Counted from the stretch's first letter, positions 39,336-48,509 are shown. The stretch: 64,000 nucleotides of DNA from Deferribacterales bacterium (GCA_050251875.1 JBFWMA010000004.1:1-64000), one strand, 5' to 3'. Notes: generated by a model from the letters alone, not told the origin. Program-made: numbers and translations.

Positions 39336-39708
39336 GTCATTGCGAGCGCATATGCGCGTGGCAATCTCATAAGGTTAGCAAATGCGAAAACACGGCTATA
39401 TCTACATCCTGACAAACAAATGGGGTACAACGCTGTATACTGGCGTTACCAGCGATATTGTTAAACGTGTATATCAGCATAAGGAAAAGATGTCCGAAGG
39501 GTTTAGTAAAGATTATAACTTAGATAAACTTGTGTATTATGAATTGTTTGATGATATCGAAGATGCTATTGCCCGTGAAAAGCAGATAAAAGCAGGAAGC
39601 AGAAAAAAGAAAATAGAACTGATAAGCAGTATGAATCCTCAGTGGAAGGATTTATACGAAGAAACAAACAGGTGAGACTGCCGCATCGCTGAAGCTCCTC
39701 GTAGTGAC
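39336..39708 (+). mobile_element. Full-length GIY-YIG element bounded by GTCATTGCGAG...CTCGTAGTGAC inverted ends
   Basis: Left end 39336-39369, nuclease ORF, right end 39673-39708 that supplies the TGA stop. Mobility is inferred, not shown. Confidence 0.6.
39382..39675 (+). CDS. Stand-alone GIY-YIG nuclease (97 aa)
   Basis: YIYILTN...LYTGVTSDIVKRVYQHK...LVYYE...AIAREKQIK...NPQWKDL; AT-rich. Confidence 0.92.
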   Translation: MRKHGYIYILTNKWGTTLYTGVTSDIVKRVYQHKEKMSEGFSKDYNLDKLVYYELFDDIEDAIAREKQIKAGSRKKKIELISSMNPQWKDLYEETNR

Positions 39709-39730
39709 AGTATGCATGTCAGAAATGCAA

Positions 39731-39822
39731 AACCACAGGATGTGGTTCGCGGAGCGTGAGTGAAGCGAGGATTTTCCGAGCGTAACGGTATCGGAAATTT
39801 TCCATGGACGGAAGAATTTCCG
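39731..39822 (+). repeat. GGA-loop hairpin cassette (copy A)
   Basis: AACCACA-GGA-TGTGGTT, core GGAGCGTGAGTGAAGC-N13-GCGTAACGG, then CGGAAATTTTCC-ATGGAC-GGAAGAATTTCCG. Confidence 0.7.
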
Positions 39823-40563
39823 TTAAAAATTGATATCGCTGAGGAAAGGGAACCATCTGAAAAGATATATGCTGATTGTCTGAAGGCTGTCGGTAGCCAT
39901 CAGAAAACCTATGATTATCAGGAGTATTCCGGAGACTTTTTCCACTATCATCACTATCTTTCCGGCCTTGCGCACGGAGCTGAATACGAATCCAACAGCC
40001 ATAGCGGACAGCAGAAAAGGAATCCACAGACCGAATCCGAAAACAGAGAGCATCAGCATGCCCTGTCCCACTGTCTCCTCGGATGCCGCCATGGAGAGTA
40101 TCCCCGCCAGAATAGGTCCTATGCAGGGTGTCCAGCCGAAGACAAAAGCCACGCCCAGCAGAAACGCATTGATGAAAAACGGAGCGCCGGACTTGGCTGT
40201 GTAGTTCCATTTTTTATGGGACATCAGCTTTCTGATGTGGAAAACGCCGAGCATATGCAGACCGAGTATGATGATTACAATACCCGCAACCTTGCCTATA
40301 ATCAGCTTATAATCTTTAAGAAAAATACCTATCTTGGTGGCGCTGGCGCCCAGAAGCACAAAAACCAGCATGAAACCCAGACCGAAAAAAACAGCGCCGA
40401 GAAACACCTTCAGCTTGGCCGTCTTCTTGTCGCCGGATGCCAGTGTCTCTATGGATTCACCAGACATAAAAGAGAGGTATCCGGGCAGAAGCGGTAAAAC
40501 ACATGGTGATAAAAAAGAAAGTACGCCTGCAAGAAAGGCGGTGTAGTAAGATACATTGTCCAT
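39823..40563 (-). CDS. ccdA: Cytochrome c biogenesis protein CcdA
   Basis: SFLSPCVLPLLPGYL and FGWTPCIGPIL. Confidence 0.92.
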   Translation of the reverse strand: MDNVSYYTAFLAGVLSFLSPCVLPLLPGYLSFMSGESIETLASGDKKTAKLKVFLGAVFFGLGFMLVFVLLGASATKIGIFLKDYKLIIGKVAGIVIIILGLHMLGVFHIRKLMSHKKWNYTAKSGAPFFINAFLLGVAFVFGWTPCIGPILAGILSMAASEETVGQGMLMLSVFGFGLWIPFLLSAMAVGFVFSSVRKAGKIVMIVEKVSGILLIIIGFLMATDSLQTISIYLFRWFPFLSDINF

Positions 40564-40644
40564 TTACATTATTTATAAATTTTTTCTTGATAAAGCAATC
40601 AATATTTCACATCATAAGAAGAATAAAAATTATCAGAGGGAATA

Positions 40645-41055
40645 ATGAAGAAATCTTACAAGTTTATATTGGCGGGTGTGGTATTCGCCTGCGTGGTGGG
40701 TTATCTGTTTGTCACCAGCTTCAAGTCAGAGAGTGTGTATTATCTCGAAGTGTCTGAAGTGAAACAGAATCCCGAAAAATATAACGCCAAAGGAATGAGG
40801 GTCACAGGCGAGGTAATGCCCGAAGACCTGACTAAGGATTTCAAAAAACAGTATCTCGCTTTCACGATAAAAGATATAAAAGGAAGCGAAGACACAATGA
40901 ATGTTGTATACAACGGCATAATTCCCGATACATTCAAAGTAGGGATACATGTTATAGTGGAAGGTAAGTACGACACAGAGAACCATATATTCAAGGCGGC
41001 TTCGGTACTTACAAAATGTCCTTCAAAATATGAAGCGGACGTTGAACAAAAATAG
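40645..41055 (+). CDS. ccmE: Heme chaperone CcmE (CxxxY variant)
   Basis: N-terminal TM, SVYYL, YNGIIPDTFK, VEG, LTKCPSKY. Confidence 0.9.
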   Translation: MKKSYKFILAGVVFACVVGYLFVTSFKSESVYYLEVSEVKQNPEKYNAKGMRVTGEVMPEDLTKDFKKQYLAFTIKDIKGSEDTMNVVYNGIIPDTFKVGIHVIVEGKYDTENHIFKAASVLTKCPSKYEADVEQK

Positions 41056-41112
41056 ATTTTCACTGTCTTTATTGAAACAATTTTAGTATGATTTCGGTTT
41101 AAAGGGAGATTT

Positions 41113-43032
41113 ATGGGACAGATAGGTAACTTATTTCAGATACTTGGTTTATTTGCGGGTTTTGCCGCGTTCGGCATGTATGCTTATGCCGTTGCAACAC
41201 AGTCAAAAGAGAACGCCAAGCTGGCTGACTGGTTCATGCTGGGTCAGGCTGCGGCGGCGACACTCGCCTCCTGCGTTCTGGTGTATGCTCTCGCCACCGG
41301 ATATTTCAAGATGGAATATGTGGCTCAGTACACCGACCTGAAACTGCCTTTCGTTTATAAGATAAGCGGATGGTGGGCGGGACAGGCAGGCTCTCTGCTT
41401 TTCTGGGGCTGGCTGGTGACAGTGTTTGCGACCATAGAGATTTTCCGGACAAAAAATTATGACACAAAATACAGGTCAGCGGTGCTCGCCACCTCTGCTC
41501 TGACATCAACCTTCTTTCTGATACTGACAATATTCGTGACTAACCCTTTCCACGAGCTGGATTTCTTCCCTCCGGACGGGCTGGGCATGAACCCCCTGCT
41601 TCAGAACCCCGGCATGCTGTATCACCCGCCCACCCTTTTTCTGGGTTATGTGGGATTCACCATCACCGTGGGTCACGCTCTGGCGGCTCTGATGAGCAAA
41701 GACACATCGGCGGCGTGGGCAGTGGATACACGCAAATGGACGATGATTACATGGATTTTCCTTACCATCGGTATAGTTCTCGGCGGCGAATGGGCTTATG
41801 TTGAGCTGGGCTGGGGCGGATACTGGGCATGGGACCCTGTGGAGAACGCCTCTCTGCTTCCGTGGCTCACATCCACCGCTCTTCTGCACTCCGCTTTCAT
41901 GTTCGAGCGCAAAGGCAGGCTGAAAATATGGACACACATGCTGGCGCTCCTGTCGTTCGAACTGTGCCTCTTCGGAACATATATCACCAGAAGCGGTGTG
42001 CTGGATTCTGTGCATACATTCTCCAAATCTCCTCTGGGATATTTCTTCCTCTTTTTCATCGTGCTGACTACAGCGGTATTCATCCGATATATGATGCCTA
42101 TGATGAAAAATCTGGCTGATAAAGATGACGTTAAATTCAACTTTTTCTCCCGTGACGGTCTGTTTTTCCTTTCCAACTGGCTGTTTCTGGGGCTCACCAT
42201 AGTTATTCTGGTGGGAACCATGATGCCTGTTCTCTCCGGAATGGTAATGGCCGACAAGATCACCGTGGGGATACCTTACTATAATAAAGTCTCCGCTCCT
42301 TTCTTCATGCTGCTGCTCCTTGCGGGCGGTCTGGCGCCTCTGATGTCGTTCGGCGGCACAGAGAACAGAAGCGAGCTGATTAAAAAACTGATGCCTTCCA
42401 CCATCGCTATGGTGCTGGCGATGGTATATCTCGCCGCCACAGGCAAGGGACATCCTCTGCCCATGGTGCTGACAGGTTTCACCACCTTCTCTCTGGTTAC
42501 TATCATCACCAGAATAGTCTCATCCGTTAAGGCGGGCGGGGTTAAGGTTCTGGGGAGCAACAGACGCTTCTTCGGCGGTATGATAGTGCATATCGGCGTG
42601 GTAATGGTGGCATACGGCGTTATCGCCTCTTCATTCTACAACCTCCAGAAGGATGTTGTGGTGGCTCCCGGCGAGCAGTTCGAATTTGCCGGATATGACC
42701 TGAAGGTAGGCGATATCACTTTCAGACAGATGCAGAACTATGTTTCCGCATACGCTCCCGTTTCTGTTTATAAAGGCGATACGAAGGTGCTGACACTGGC
42801 TCCCGAAAGACGCTTTTATGAAAAGAACGAGGAGGCTTTCGCCGAGGTGGCTATCAACTCCAAGCTGACAGGCGACCTTTATCTGATCCTCTCCAGCTAC
42901 AGCAAGGCGGAGAACTATGTGGGCATACAGGCGGTTTATCAGCCTTTCATCACATGGATATGGATCGGATGCGTGGTGATGGTTCTGGGCGGTCTTTACG
43001 GAATTTCGGGCAGGACAAAAAAGGATGCCTGA
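41113..43032 (+). CDS. ccmF: Cytochrome c heme lyase CcmF
   Basis: GSLLFW, HPPTLFLGY, WAYVELGWGGYWAWDPVENASLLPW, SVHTF. Confidence 0.95.
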   Translation: MGQIGNLFQILGLFAGFAAFGMYAYAVATQSKENAKLADWFMLGQAAAATLASCVLVYALATGYFKMEYVAQYTDLKLPFVYKISGWWAGQAGSLLFWGWLVTVFATIEIFRTKNYDTKYRSAVLATSALTSTFFLILTIFVTNPFHELDFFPPDGLGMNPLLQNPGMLYHPPTLFLGYVGFTITVGHALAALMSKDTSAAWAVDTRKWTMITWIFLTIGIVLGGEWAYVELGWGGYWAWDPVENASLLPWLTSTALLHSAFMFERKGRLKIWTHMLALLSFELCLFGTYITRSGVLDSVHTFSKSPLGYFFLFFIVLTTAVFIRYMMPMMKNLADKDDVKFNFFSRDGLFFLSNWLFLGLTIVILVGTMMPVLSGMVMADKITVGIPYYNKVSAPFFMLLLLAGGLAPLMSFGGTENRSELIKKLMPSTIAMVLAMVYLAATGKGHPLPMVLTGFTTFSLVTIITRIVSSVKAGGVKVLGSNRRFFGGMIVHIGVVMVAYGVIASSFYNLQKDVVVAPGEQFEFAGYDLKVGDITFRQMQNYVSAYAPVSVYKGDTKVLTLAPERRFYEKNEEAFAEVAINSKLTGDLYLILSSYSKAENYVGIQAVYQPFITWIWIGCVVMVLGGLYGISGRTKKDA

Positions 43033-43735
43033 ATCCTTAGTCGAGTTTAAGAACGTAAATAAAAAATACGGACACATCCACGCTTTGAGGGGTGTGTCCG
43101 TCTCCTTTAAAAAGGGTGAGTTCGTCAGCATCTTCGGACCCAACGGTGCCGGCAAATCCACCTTTCTGAAGCTGTTATGCACAATGACAGCGCCCACATC
43201 CGGGCAGATTCTCTATGAATCGGTTCCTCTGAACAAACTTCAGGACAGCTTCCGCAGTAAGTTCGGCGTGATATCCCATCAGCCGTTTCTCTACTCCGAG
43301 CTGACCGCCATGGAGAACCTGCGCTTCTATGCGAAGATGTACAATGTCCCGGACATAGACGAACGCATCAAGGTTCTGCTGGACAAAGTAGAGCTTTATA
43401 AAAGGCGCAATGACAAAGTGAGGGGATATTCCAGAGGTATGCTCCAGAGGCTGTCCATCACCAGAGCGCTGCTGCACGATCCGGACATAGTGGTTCTGGA
43501 CGAGCCCTACACAGGGCTGGACACCCACGCTTCGGACATTCTGACACGGATTCTCACGGAGCTCTTCGGCGAGCACAAAACCATCATAATGGTGACCCAC
43601 AACATGAAGCAGGGCTATGACGCCGCTTCACGTCTGGCTATCATCAAGGGCGGTTCGCTGGTTCTGGACATGAACAAGAGCGACATCAGCATAAATGATT
43701 TCGAGCATAAATACACCGAGGCGGTGAGCAGATGA
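43025..43735 (+). CDS. ccmA: Heme ABC exporter ATP-binding protein
   Basis: GPNGAGKST, YSRGMLQR, DEPYTGLD; ccm operon context. Confidence 0.88.
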   Translation: MPESLVEFKNVNKKYGHIHALRGVSVSFKKGEFVSIFGPNGAGKSTFLKLLCTMTAPTSGQILYESVPLNKLQDSFRSKFGVISHQPFLYSELTAMENLRFYAKMYNVPDIDERIKVLLDKVELYKRRNDKVRGYSRGMLQRLSITRALLHDPDIVVLDEPYTGLDTHASDILTRILTELFGEHKTIIMVTHNMKQGYDAASRLAIIKGGSLVLDMNKSDISINDFEHKYTEAVSR

Positions 43736-44409
43736 AATATCTAAGCACCGTTTTCGCCATTATAAACAAAGACCTGCTCCACGAGCTGAAGTCCAGAGAG
43801 ATAGTGGTCTCCATGCTTCTGTTCTCCGTGCTGACGGTTGTGGTTTTCAGCTTTATCTTCGAGCCGGGCTCAGAGTTCAAAAACGAGGTGGCGGGGGGCA
43901 TCCTGTGGATGTCGTTCGTTTTCGCCGGGATTCTGGGGCTGAACAAATCCATGATGAGCGAGATAACAGGGGGCAATTTTTCAGCGCTCCTGCTGGCTCC
44001 TGTGGACAGAAGCGCCATCTTCTTCGGCAAGGCGGCGAGCAATTTTCTGTTCATCACCCTTGTGGAGATATTTACCATTCCGCTCTTTATGGTGCTGTAT
44101 AACGTTAATATTTTCGCCAACGGTTTTATGCCCGCTGTCATATTCGTGCTGGGCACATATGGTTTTTCCATTCTGGGCACCCTGTTTTCTATCATTTCGG
44201 TGAACACCAGAACCCGTGAGGTTATGCTTCCTCTTCTTCTTCTGCCTGTGATAGTGCCTGTGATTCTGGCTTCTGTTCAGGCGCTGAACGTTTATATTCT
44301 GGGGCACGATCCGGCGGACGCCGACAAATGGTTGAAGCTGCTTGGCTCATTTGATATTATATTCACAGTCGTTGTTTTCGCTGTGTTCGACTTTATCGTA
44401 GAGGATTGA
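43732..44409 (+). CDS. ccmB: Heme exporter permease CcmB
   Basis: KDL..E.KSRE, GILW, LPLLLLPVIVPV. Confidence 0.9.
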   Translation: MKYLSTVFAIINKDLLHELKSREIVVSMLLFSVLTVVVFSFIFEPGSEFKNEVAGGILWMSFVFAGILGLNKSMMSEITGGNFSALLLAPVDRSAIFFGKAASNFLFITLVEIFTIPLFMVLYNVNIFANGFMPAVIFVLGTYGFSILGTLFSIISVNTRTREVMLPLLLLPVIVPVILASVQALNVYILGHDPADADKWLKLLGSFDIIFTVVVFAVFDFIVED

Positions 44410-44410
44410 T

Positions 44411-45073
44411 ATGAAAAATAAAATTTTAGATATCTCGGCGGTGTCTTTCATCGTCATCGCTCTTTATATGGCGCTGGTATGGGCTCCCACAGAAAAAGTC
44501 ATGGGCGCTGTCCAGAGGATATTCTATTTTCATGTGGCGTCAGCGTGGATAGCGTTTTTCGCTTTTTTTATCACGTTTGTGTTCAGCATACTCTTTCTGA
44601 TGAAGCAGGACTACAGATTTGACGACATAGCAGAGAGCTCGGCGGAGATAGGCATCATGTTCTGTACCATAGTGCTCATCACAGGACCCATCTGGGCGAG
44701 ACCCATCTGGGGCGTTTGGTGGACATGGGATCCCAGACTCACCACAACGACTATCCTGTGGTTCATATACGCCGGATACATAATGCTCAGAAAATTTATA
44801 GAAGAGGCTGATAAAAGGGCAAAATTCGCCGCGGCGATAGGCATCATCGGCTTCATAGACGTTCCGATAGTGTTCTTTTCCATCAGATGGTGGAGGACGA
44901 TACACCCCAACGTGGTTCAGAAAGGCGGCGGCGGGCTTCACCCCGACATGCTGAAAGCGATGCTTATGGCGATATTCGCCTTTTCACTGCTCTATCTGGC
45001 TATGATGGTTAAACGTGTGACGATAGCGTCACTCAGCAGAAAAATAGATTCTCTCGGAGAAAATCATGAATAA
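44411..45073 (+). CDS. ccmC: Heme exporter protein CcmC
   Basis: IFYFHVASAW, WARPIWGVWWTWDPRLT, RWWRTIHP. Confidence 0.93.
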   Translation: MKNKILDISAVSFIVIALYMALVWAPTEKVMGAVQRIFYFHVASAWIAFFAFFITFVFSILFLMKQDYRFDDIAESSAEIGIMFCTIVLITGPIWARPIWGVWWTWDPRLTTTTILWFIYAGYIMLRKFIEEADKRAKFAAAIGIIGFIDVPIVFFSIRWWRTIHPNVVQKGGGGLHPDMLKAMLMAIFAFSLLYLAMMVKRVTIASLSRKIDSLGENHE

Positions 45074-45194
45074 TTTCAATTATCTTTTCGCTGGCTATGC
45101 TGTTATTTTTATCCTGCTCGGGGTATATTTCGTAAGCCTCGGTTCCAGGATAAAAAATCTGAAAGACAGAGTGGATACGCTGGAGAATAAATAG
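45066..45194 (+). CDS. ccmD: CcmD-like small membrane protein (42 aa; absent from the ORF track)
   Basis: GGAG RBS; MNNFNYLFAGYAVIFILLGVYFVSLGSRIKNLKDRVDTLENK; overlaps the ccmC stop. Confidence 0.8.
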   Translation: MNNFNYLFAGYAVIFILLGVYFVSLGSRIKNLKDRVDTLENK

Positions 45195-46331
45195 TTATCG
45201 TCTCAGCATCAGCCTGCCGGCGACCAGAGCGGACGACATGATGATGCCCAGCACTGTGAGAAAAGCGTTCCAGCCGGATGACTGGTATATCAGCCCCGGC
45301 AGAACAGACCCCAGCGCCCCTCCGGCGTAGTAAAAAGCGACATAGAGTCCGTTTGTGACACCTTTGTGCTTATCCGCTATCTTGTTCACATATCCCGCCG
45401 CTGTGGAATGAGCCATGAACATTCCGGAGCAGAAGACGAACATTCCGAAAAACATCACCCCTATACTGTCAGAGGTAAAGAGCAGAAGCGACCCGGTGAA
45501 AAGAGTCAGTCCGGCGAAAATCGTGTTTTGCTCCGACCGCAGAACCCTGATTATCTTCATGATATTCAGAGCCACCACTATGCCCATAATATATCCCGTA
45601 TACATCACGCCGATGAGCATTTCGCCCGAATCAGGGCTGATCTGGCGCATGCGGAAGGGGATGAAGTTCAGCACGGCGGCAAACATGAAAAACATGAAAA
45701 AAACCATCAGATAAACAGCGGGAAAAATATCCGCGGTGAGAACCTCTTTCGCCGCCTGAGGGTTGATCTTGGTTATGGATGCCTTGTTGGAGGGCAGTCT
45801 GCGCATCAGCAGGGCGGCGGTCAGCAGACTGAATCCCAGTATGAGAAACATCATACGCCAGCCGAAATAATGCGAAAGCAGACCGGAAAAAAACCTGCCG
45901 GAGAACCCGCCGAATATGGTGGAGGATATGTATATGGCAAGATTTTTCTGTATATCGGTTTTGGCGGATGTGTCTGAGATATATGTCATTATTCCGGTCA
46001 GAACGGCGGGCATAGCGCACCCGAGCATAACACGGATGAACACCAGCAGATAGTAGTTATCGGAAAAATAAAACATGAACTGGCATAGGGCGAGCACGCT
46101 GAGCGAGGCAACCAGAACTGTTCTGGCGCATACCGCCTCCAGCAGATATCCGTAAAATATAGGGGCGACTGCCAGCGGGATCATGGACGCCGTGGTGAGC
46201 AGAGACACCTCGGACATGGTGAGCCCGAACTCTCTGGCTATAAGAGGCTGTATCGGCTGCGGGGCGTACAGTGATGAGAAAGTCAGTACAGAGGCGAATG
46301 TTATTATGTATAAAAGCCGCCGGTCGTTCAT
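45195..46331 (-). CDS. MFS transporter (YnfM-like)
   Basis: LYAPQPIQP, GGFSGRFFSG, GLYVAFYYAGG; multi-TM. Confidence 0.88.
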   Translation of the reverse strand: MNDRRLLYIITFASVLTFSSLYAPQPIQPLIAREFGLTMSEVSLLTTASMIPLAVAPIFYGYLLEAVCARTVLVASLSVLALCQFMFYFSDNYYLLVFIRVMLGCAMPAVLTGIMTYISDTSAKTDIQKNLAIYISSTIFGGFSGRFFSGLLSHYFGWRMMFLILGFSLLTAALLMRRLPSNKASITKINPQAAKEVLTADIFPAVYLMVFFMFFMFAAVLNFIPFRMRQISPDSGEMLIGVMYTGYIMGIVVALNIMKIIRVLRSEQNTIFAGLTLFTGSLLLFTSDSIGVMFFGMFVFCSGMFMAHSTAAGYVNKIADKHKGVTNGLYVAFYYAGGALGSVLPGLIYQSSGWNAFLTVLGIIMSSALVAGRLMLRR

Positions 46332-47395
46332 CAGTATGCTCTGGCGTACTGCAACGGTATTGGAGCGTCATCGCCGAGCTCTCTGGCGGCGTCTATCGCC
46401 CATTGGTGGTTTCTGAGGGACGCTCTGCCTATCATCACAATATCCGCCTGCTGTTTTTTCAGAATCGTTTCCGCCTGATGAGCCTGTGTGATTATGCCCA
46501 CAGCAGACACGGGGATTTCCGCCTCATTCTTTATCTTTGAGGCGAAAGGCACCTGAAATCCGGGAGCGGCAGGTATTTTGGCATTTGGAACAAGCCCGCC
46601 TGTGGAGCAGTCTATGAAATCAGCTCCGGCATTTTTCAGCATCTTTGCCGTTTCCACGGCTTCTTCCGGTGTGTATCCGCCCTCTGCCCAGTCTGTGGCG
46701 GACAAGCGGACGAAGAGGAGATTGGTTTCGTTTATTACAGGTCTGACCGCCGTCATGACTTCATTCAGAAAGCGCATCCTGTTTTCCGGACTTCCGCCGT
46801 ATTCGTCCGGGCGTTTGTTGGAGAGAGGCGACAGGAATTCGTGCAGAAGGTATCCGTGGGCGGCGTGTATCTCTATTATGCGGGCTCCGGCGTTCTGAGC
46901 CCTTATGGCTGATTGTCTGAATTTTTCCACCAGATCTTTTATCTGTTCACGGGTCAGCTCACTGGGTGTCTGGTGTCCATCGGTAAATGCGGCGGCGCTG
47001 GGAGCGTAGATCGGCGACCATCCGTTATTGCCTGAGTCTACAGGTTTTCCGCCTGTCCAGGGGCGGTCTGTGGACGCCTTGCGTCCGGCGTGGGCTAGCT
47101 GTATGCCGGGCAGTGCTCCCTGTGATGATATAAAAGCGAAGATGTCTTTCAGCTTTTCCGCCTGACTGTCGTTCCAGATGCCCAGATCGTATGGGCTGAT
47201 TCTGCCTTCGGGTTCCACCGCTGTGGCTTCGAGTATGACGGCGGCGGCGCCTCCGGCAGCCAGAGAGCCGTAGTGAACCATATGCCAGTCACTTGCCATT
47301 CCGTCCACGGCGGAATACTGGCACATAGGCGGGATTATTATTCTGTTGCGCAGTGTAACGTTGTTAATAGTGAAGGTTGAAAACAGGACAGACAT
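46331..47395 (-). CDS. NADH:flavin oxidoreductase (old yellow enzyme, YqjM/XenA type)
   Basis: PPMCQYSA, EATAVEPEGRIS, QLAHAGRKAS, HAAHGYLLHEFLSPLSN, QYARA; GGAGG RBS. Confidence 0.93.
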   Translation of the reverse strand: MSVLFSTFTINNVTLRNRIIIPPMCQYSAVDGMASDWHMVHYGSLAAGGAAAVILEATAVEPEGRISPYDLGIWNDSQAEKLKDIFAFISSQGALPGIQLAHAGRKASTDRPWTGGKPVDSGNNGWSPIYAPSAAAFTDGHQTPSELTREQIKDLVEKFRQSAIRAQNAGARIIEIHAAHGYLLHEFLSPLSNKRPDEYGGSPENRMRFLNEVMTAVRPVINETNLLFVRLSATDWAEGGYTPEEAVETAKMLKNAGADFIDCSTGGLVPNAKIPAAPGFQVPFASKIKNEAEIPVSAVGIITQAHQAETILKKQQADIVMIGRASLRNHQWAIDAARELGDDAPIPLQYARAY

Positions 47396-47520
47396 TTGCT
47401 CCTCCAAAACCACAGACAGAGATTAACAATATTGTAAAATATGCCCGTTTCTCAAGCAAAAAATTATGGAATAGCGTTTTTTTGTGAGTTGATATACACT
47501 GGCGTTCATATGAGGTGCTT

Positions 47521-47760
47521 ATGGATATTTATGAAAAACTTCTGAAATCAGCCCTGAAAGCCTCTGATGAACAGGAGCTTCCTGATAATATTTTAGTAAA
47601 GATTAAAAAAATTTACGAAGCCGGAACAGCGGATGAAAAAGCTCTCTCCGCCCTTGTCGAAATGCTTGAGGACTATGAGCCCTTCGCCGATGTCGGCTGC
47701 GGCAACGAGTCCTACAGCACCAAGGACATAGAGACCGCCGTCAACAAGCTCATCGGCTAA
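47521..47760 (+). CDS. Small acidic hypothetical protein (79 aa)
   Basis: GAGGT RBS, ATG 47521. Mostly synonymous divergence of its duplicated 3' end supports that it is coding. Confidence 0.75.
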   Translation: MDIYEKLLKSALKASDEQELPDNILVKIKKIYEAGTADEKALSALVEMLEDYEPFADVGCGNESYSTKDIETAVNKLIG

Positions 47761-47887
47761 GGCACATGATGTGCCTCACGAGGGAGGCTGATGCGCATGG
47801 CGCTGAAAGCCGTACGGAGTGTGAGTGAAGCATAGGCTTTGCCTTTGCGTAACGGTTGAACAAAAATAACAGGAAGTTATTTTTGTT
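47761..47887 (+). repeat. GGA-loop hairpin cassette (copy B)
   Basis: GGCACA-TGA-TGTGCC, core GGAGTGTGAGTGAAGC-N15-GCGTAACGG, AACAAAAATAAC-AGGAA-GTTATTTTTGTT. Confidence 0.7.
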
Positions 47888-47897
47888 TGTGGTTGTT

Positions 47898-47966
47898 GTC
47901 GGGTGCGGCAACGAGTCTTACAGCACCAAGGACATAGAGAACGCCGTCAACAAATTGGCAGGATAA
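47898..47966 (+). pseudogene. Diverged duplicate of the last 23 codons of the 47521-47760 gene
   Basis: 59/69 nt identical to 47692-47760; frame and TAA retained. Confidence 0.85.
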
Positions 47967-47970
47967 AGTT

Positions 47971-48043
47971 CCCCTCTTTGTTAAAGAGGGGTTGGGGGAG
48001 ATTTCTTAAGAAATCCCTCCCGTCCTCCCTTTACAAAGGGAGG
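47971..48043. repeat. Double-hairpin palindromic repeat (CCTCCCTTT/AAAGGGAGG family)
   Basis: CCCCTCTTT-GTT-AAAGAGGGG-TTGGGGGAGATTTC-TTAA-GAAATCCCTCCCGT-CCTCCCTTT-AC-AAAGGGAGG. Confidence 0.8.
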
Positions 48044-48103
48044 TGATGATAGAATACTCTATTGTCATAGAGATGAACCTTGCATGCAACATCGCTATCT
48101 CTG

Positions 48104-48295
48104 TCAGAATAATGTGATTGCCTGAAAGCGGCATGCGGGGATACATGCTCCGCATCCGGTGCAGATCTGTTTGTTCACATCCGCTGTCTTGCGGTTTTTT
48201 GTGTCGGTGGACAGGCTGATCGCCCTCACCGGACACTGAGAAACGCAGGCGCCGCACCCTGTGCAGGACGCCTTGTCTATCACCGCCTTAAACAT
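48104..48295 (-). CDS. 2x[4Fe-4S] ferredoxin
   Basis: CTGCGACVSQCP and CTGCGACIPACR. Confidence 0.9.
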   Translation of the reverse strand: MFKAVIDKASCTGCGACVSQCPVRAISLSTDTKNRKTADVNKQICTGCGACIPACRFQAITLF

Positions 48296-48509
48296 TCTCG
48301 CCCCTGTATTTCTTGGTAAGACCGTTCATAAAGCGTCTCATCAGCTGGTCGCCCAGCGCCTGATAGTTTCTGTGGTCTTCCCTGCGGAAGAATGCGGATA
48401 TCTCGGATTTTGTCACGTTTGCTCCGCCCAGAGCGAATATCTCTATGATGTCTGTATCTTTCATTTCCAGAGCGATACGCAGTTTTTTGATTATATCGTT
48501 ATTTCGCAT
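48288..48509 (-). CDS. DUF1456 (YehS) single-repeat protein, second half
   Basis: MRNNDIIKKLRIAL...SEISAFFRREDHRNY...DQLMRRFMNGL; GAGGAG upstream. Confidence 0.75.
   Translation of the reverse strand: MRNNDIIKKLRIALEMKDTDIIEIFALGGANVTKSEISAFFRREDHRNYQALGDQLMRRFMNGLTKKYRGENV

Noticed and set aside
40587..40602. FNR box between ccdA and ccmE
   Set aside because: Spacing is TTGAT-N6-ATCAA rather than N4; it may be another operator but is unsupported.
47692..47966. Diversity-generating retroelement TR/VR pair
   Set aside because: Mismatches are not adenine-specific, are mostly synonymous, and no reverse transcriptase is in the window.
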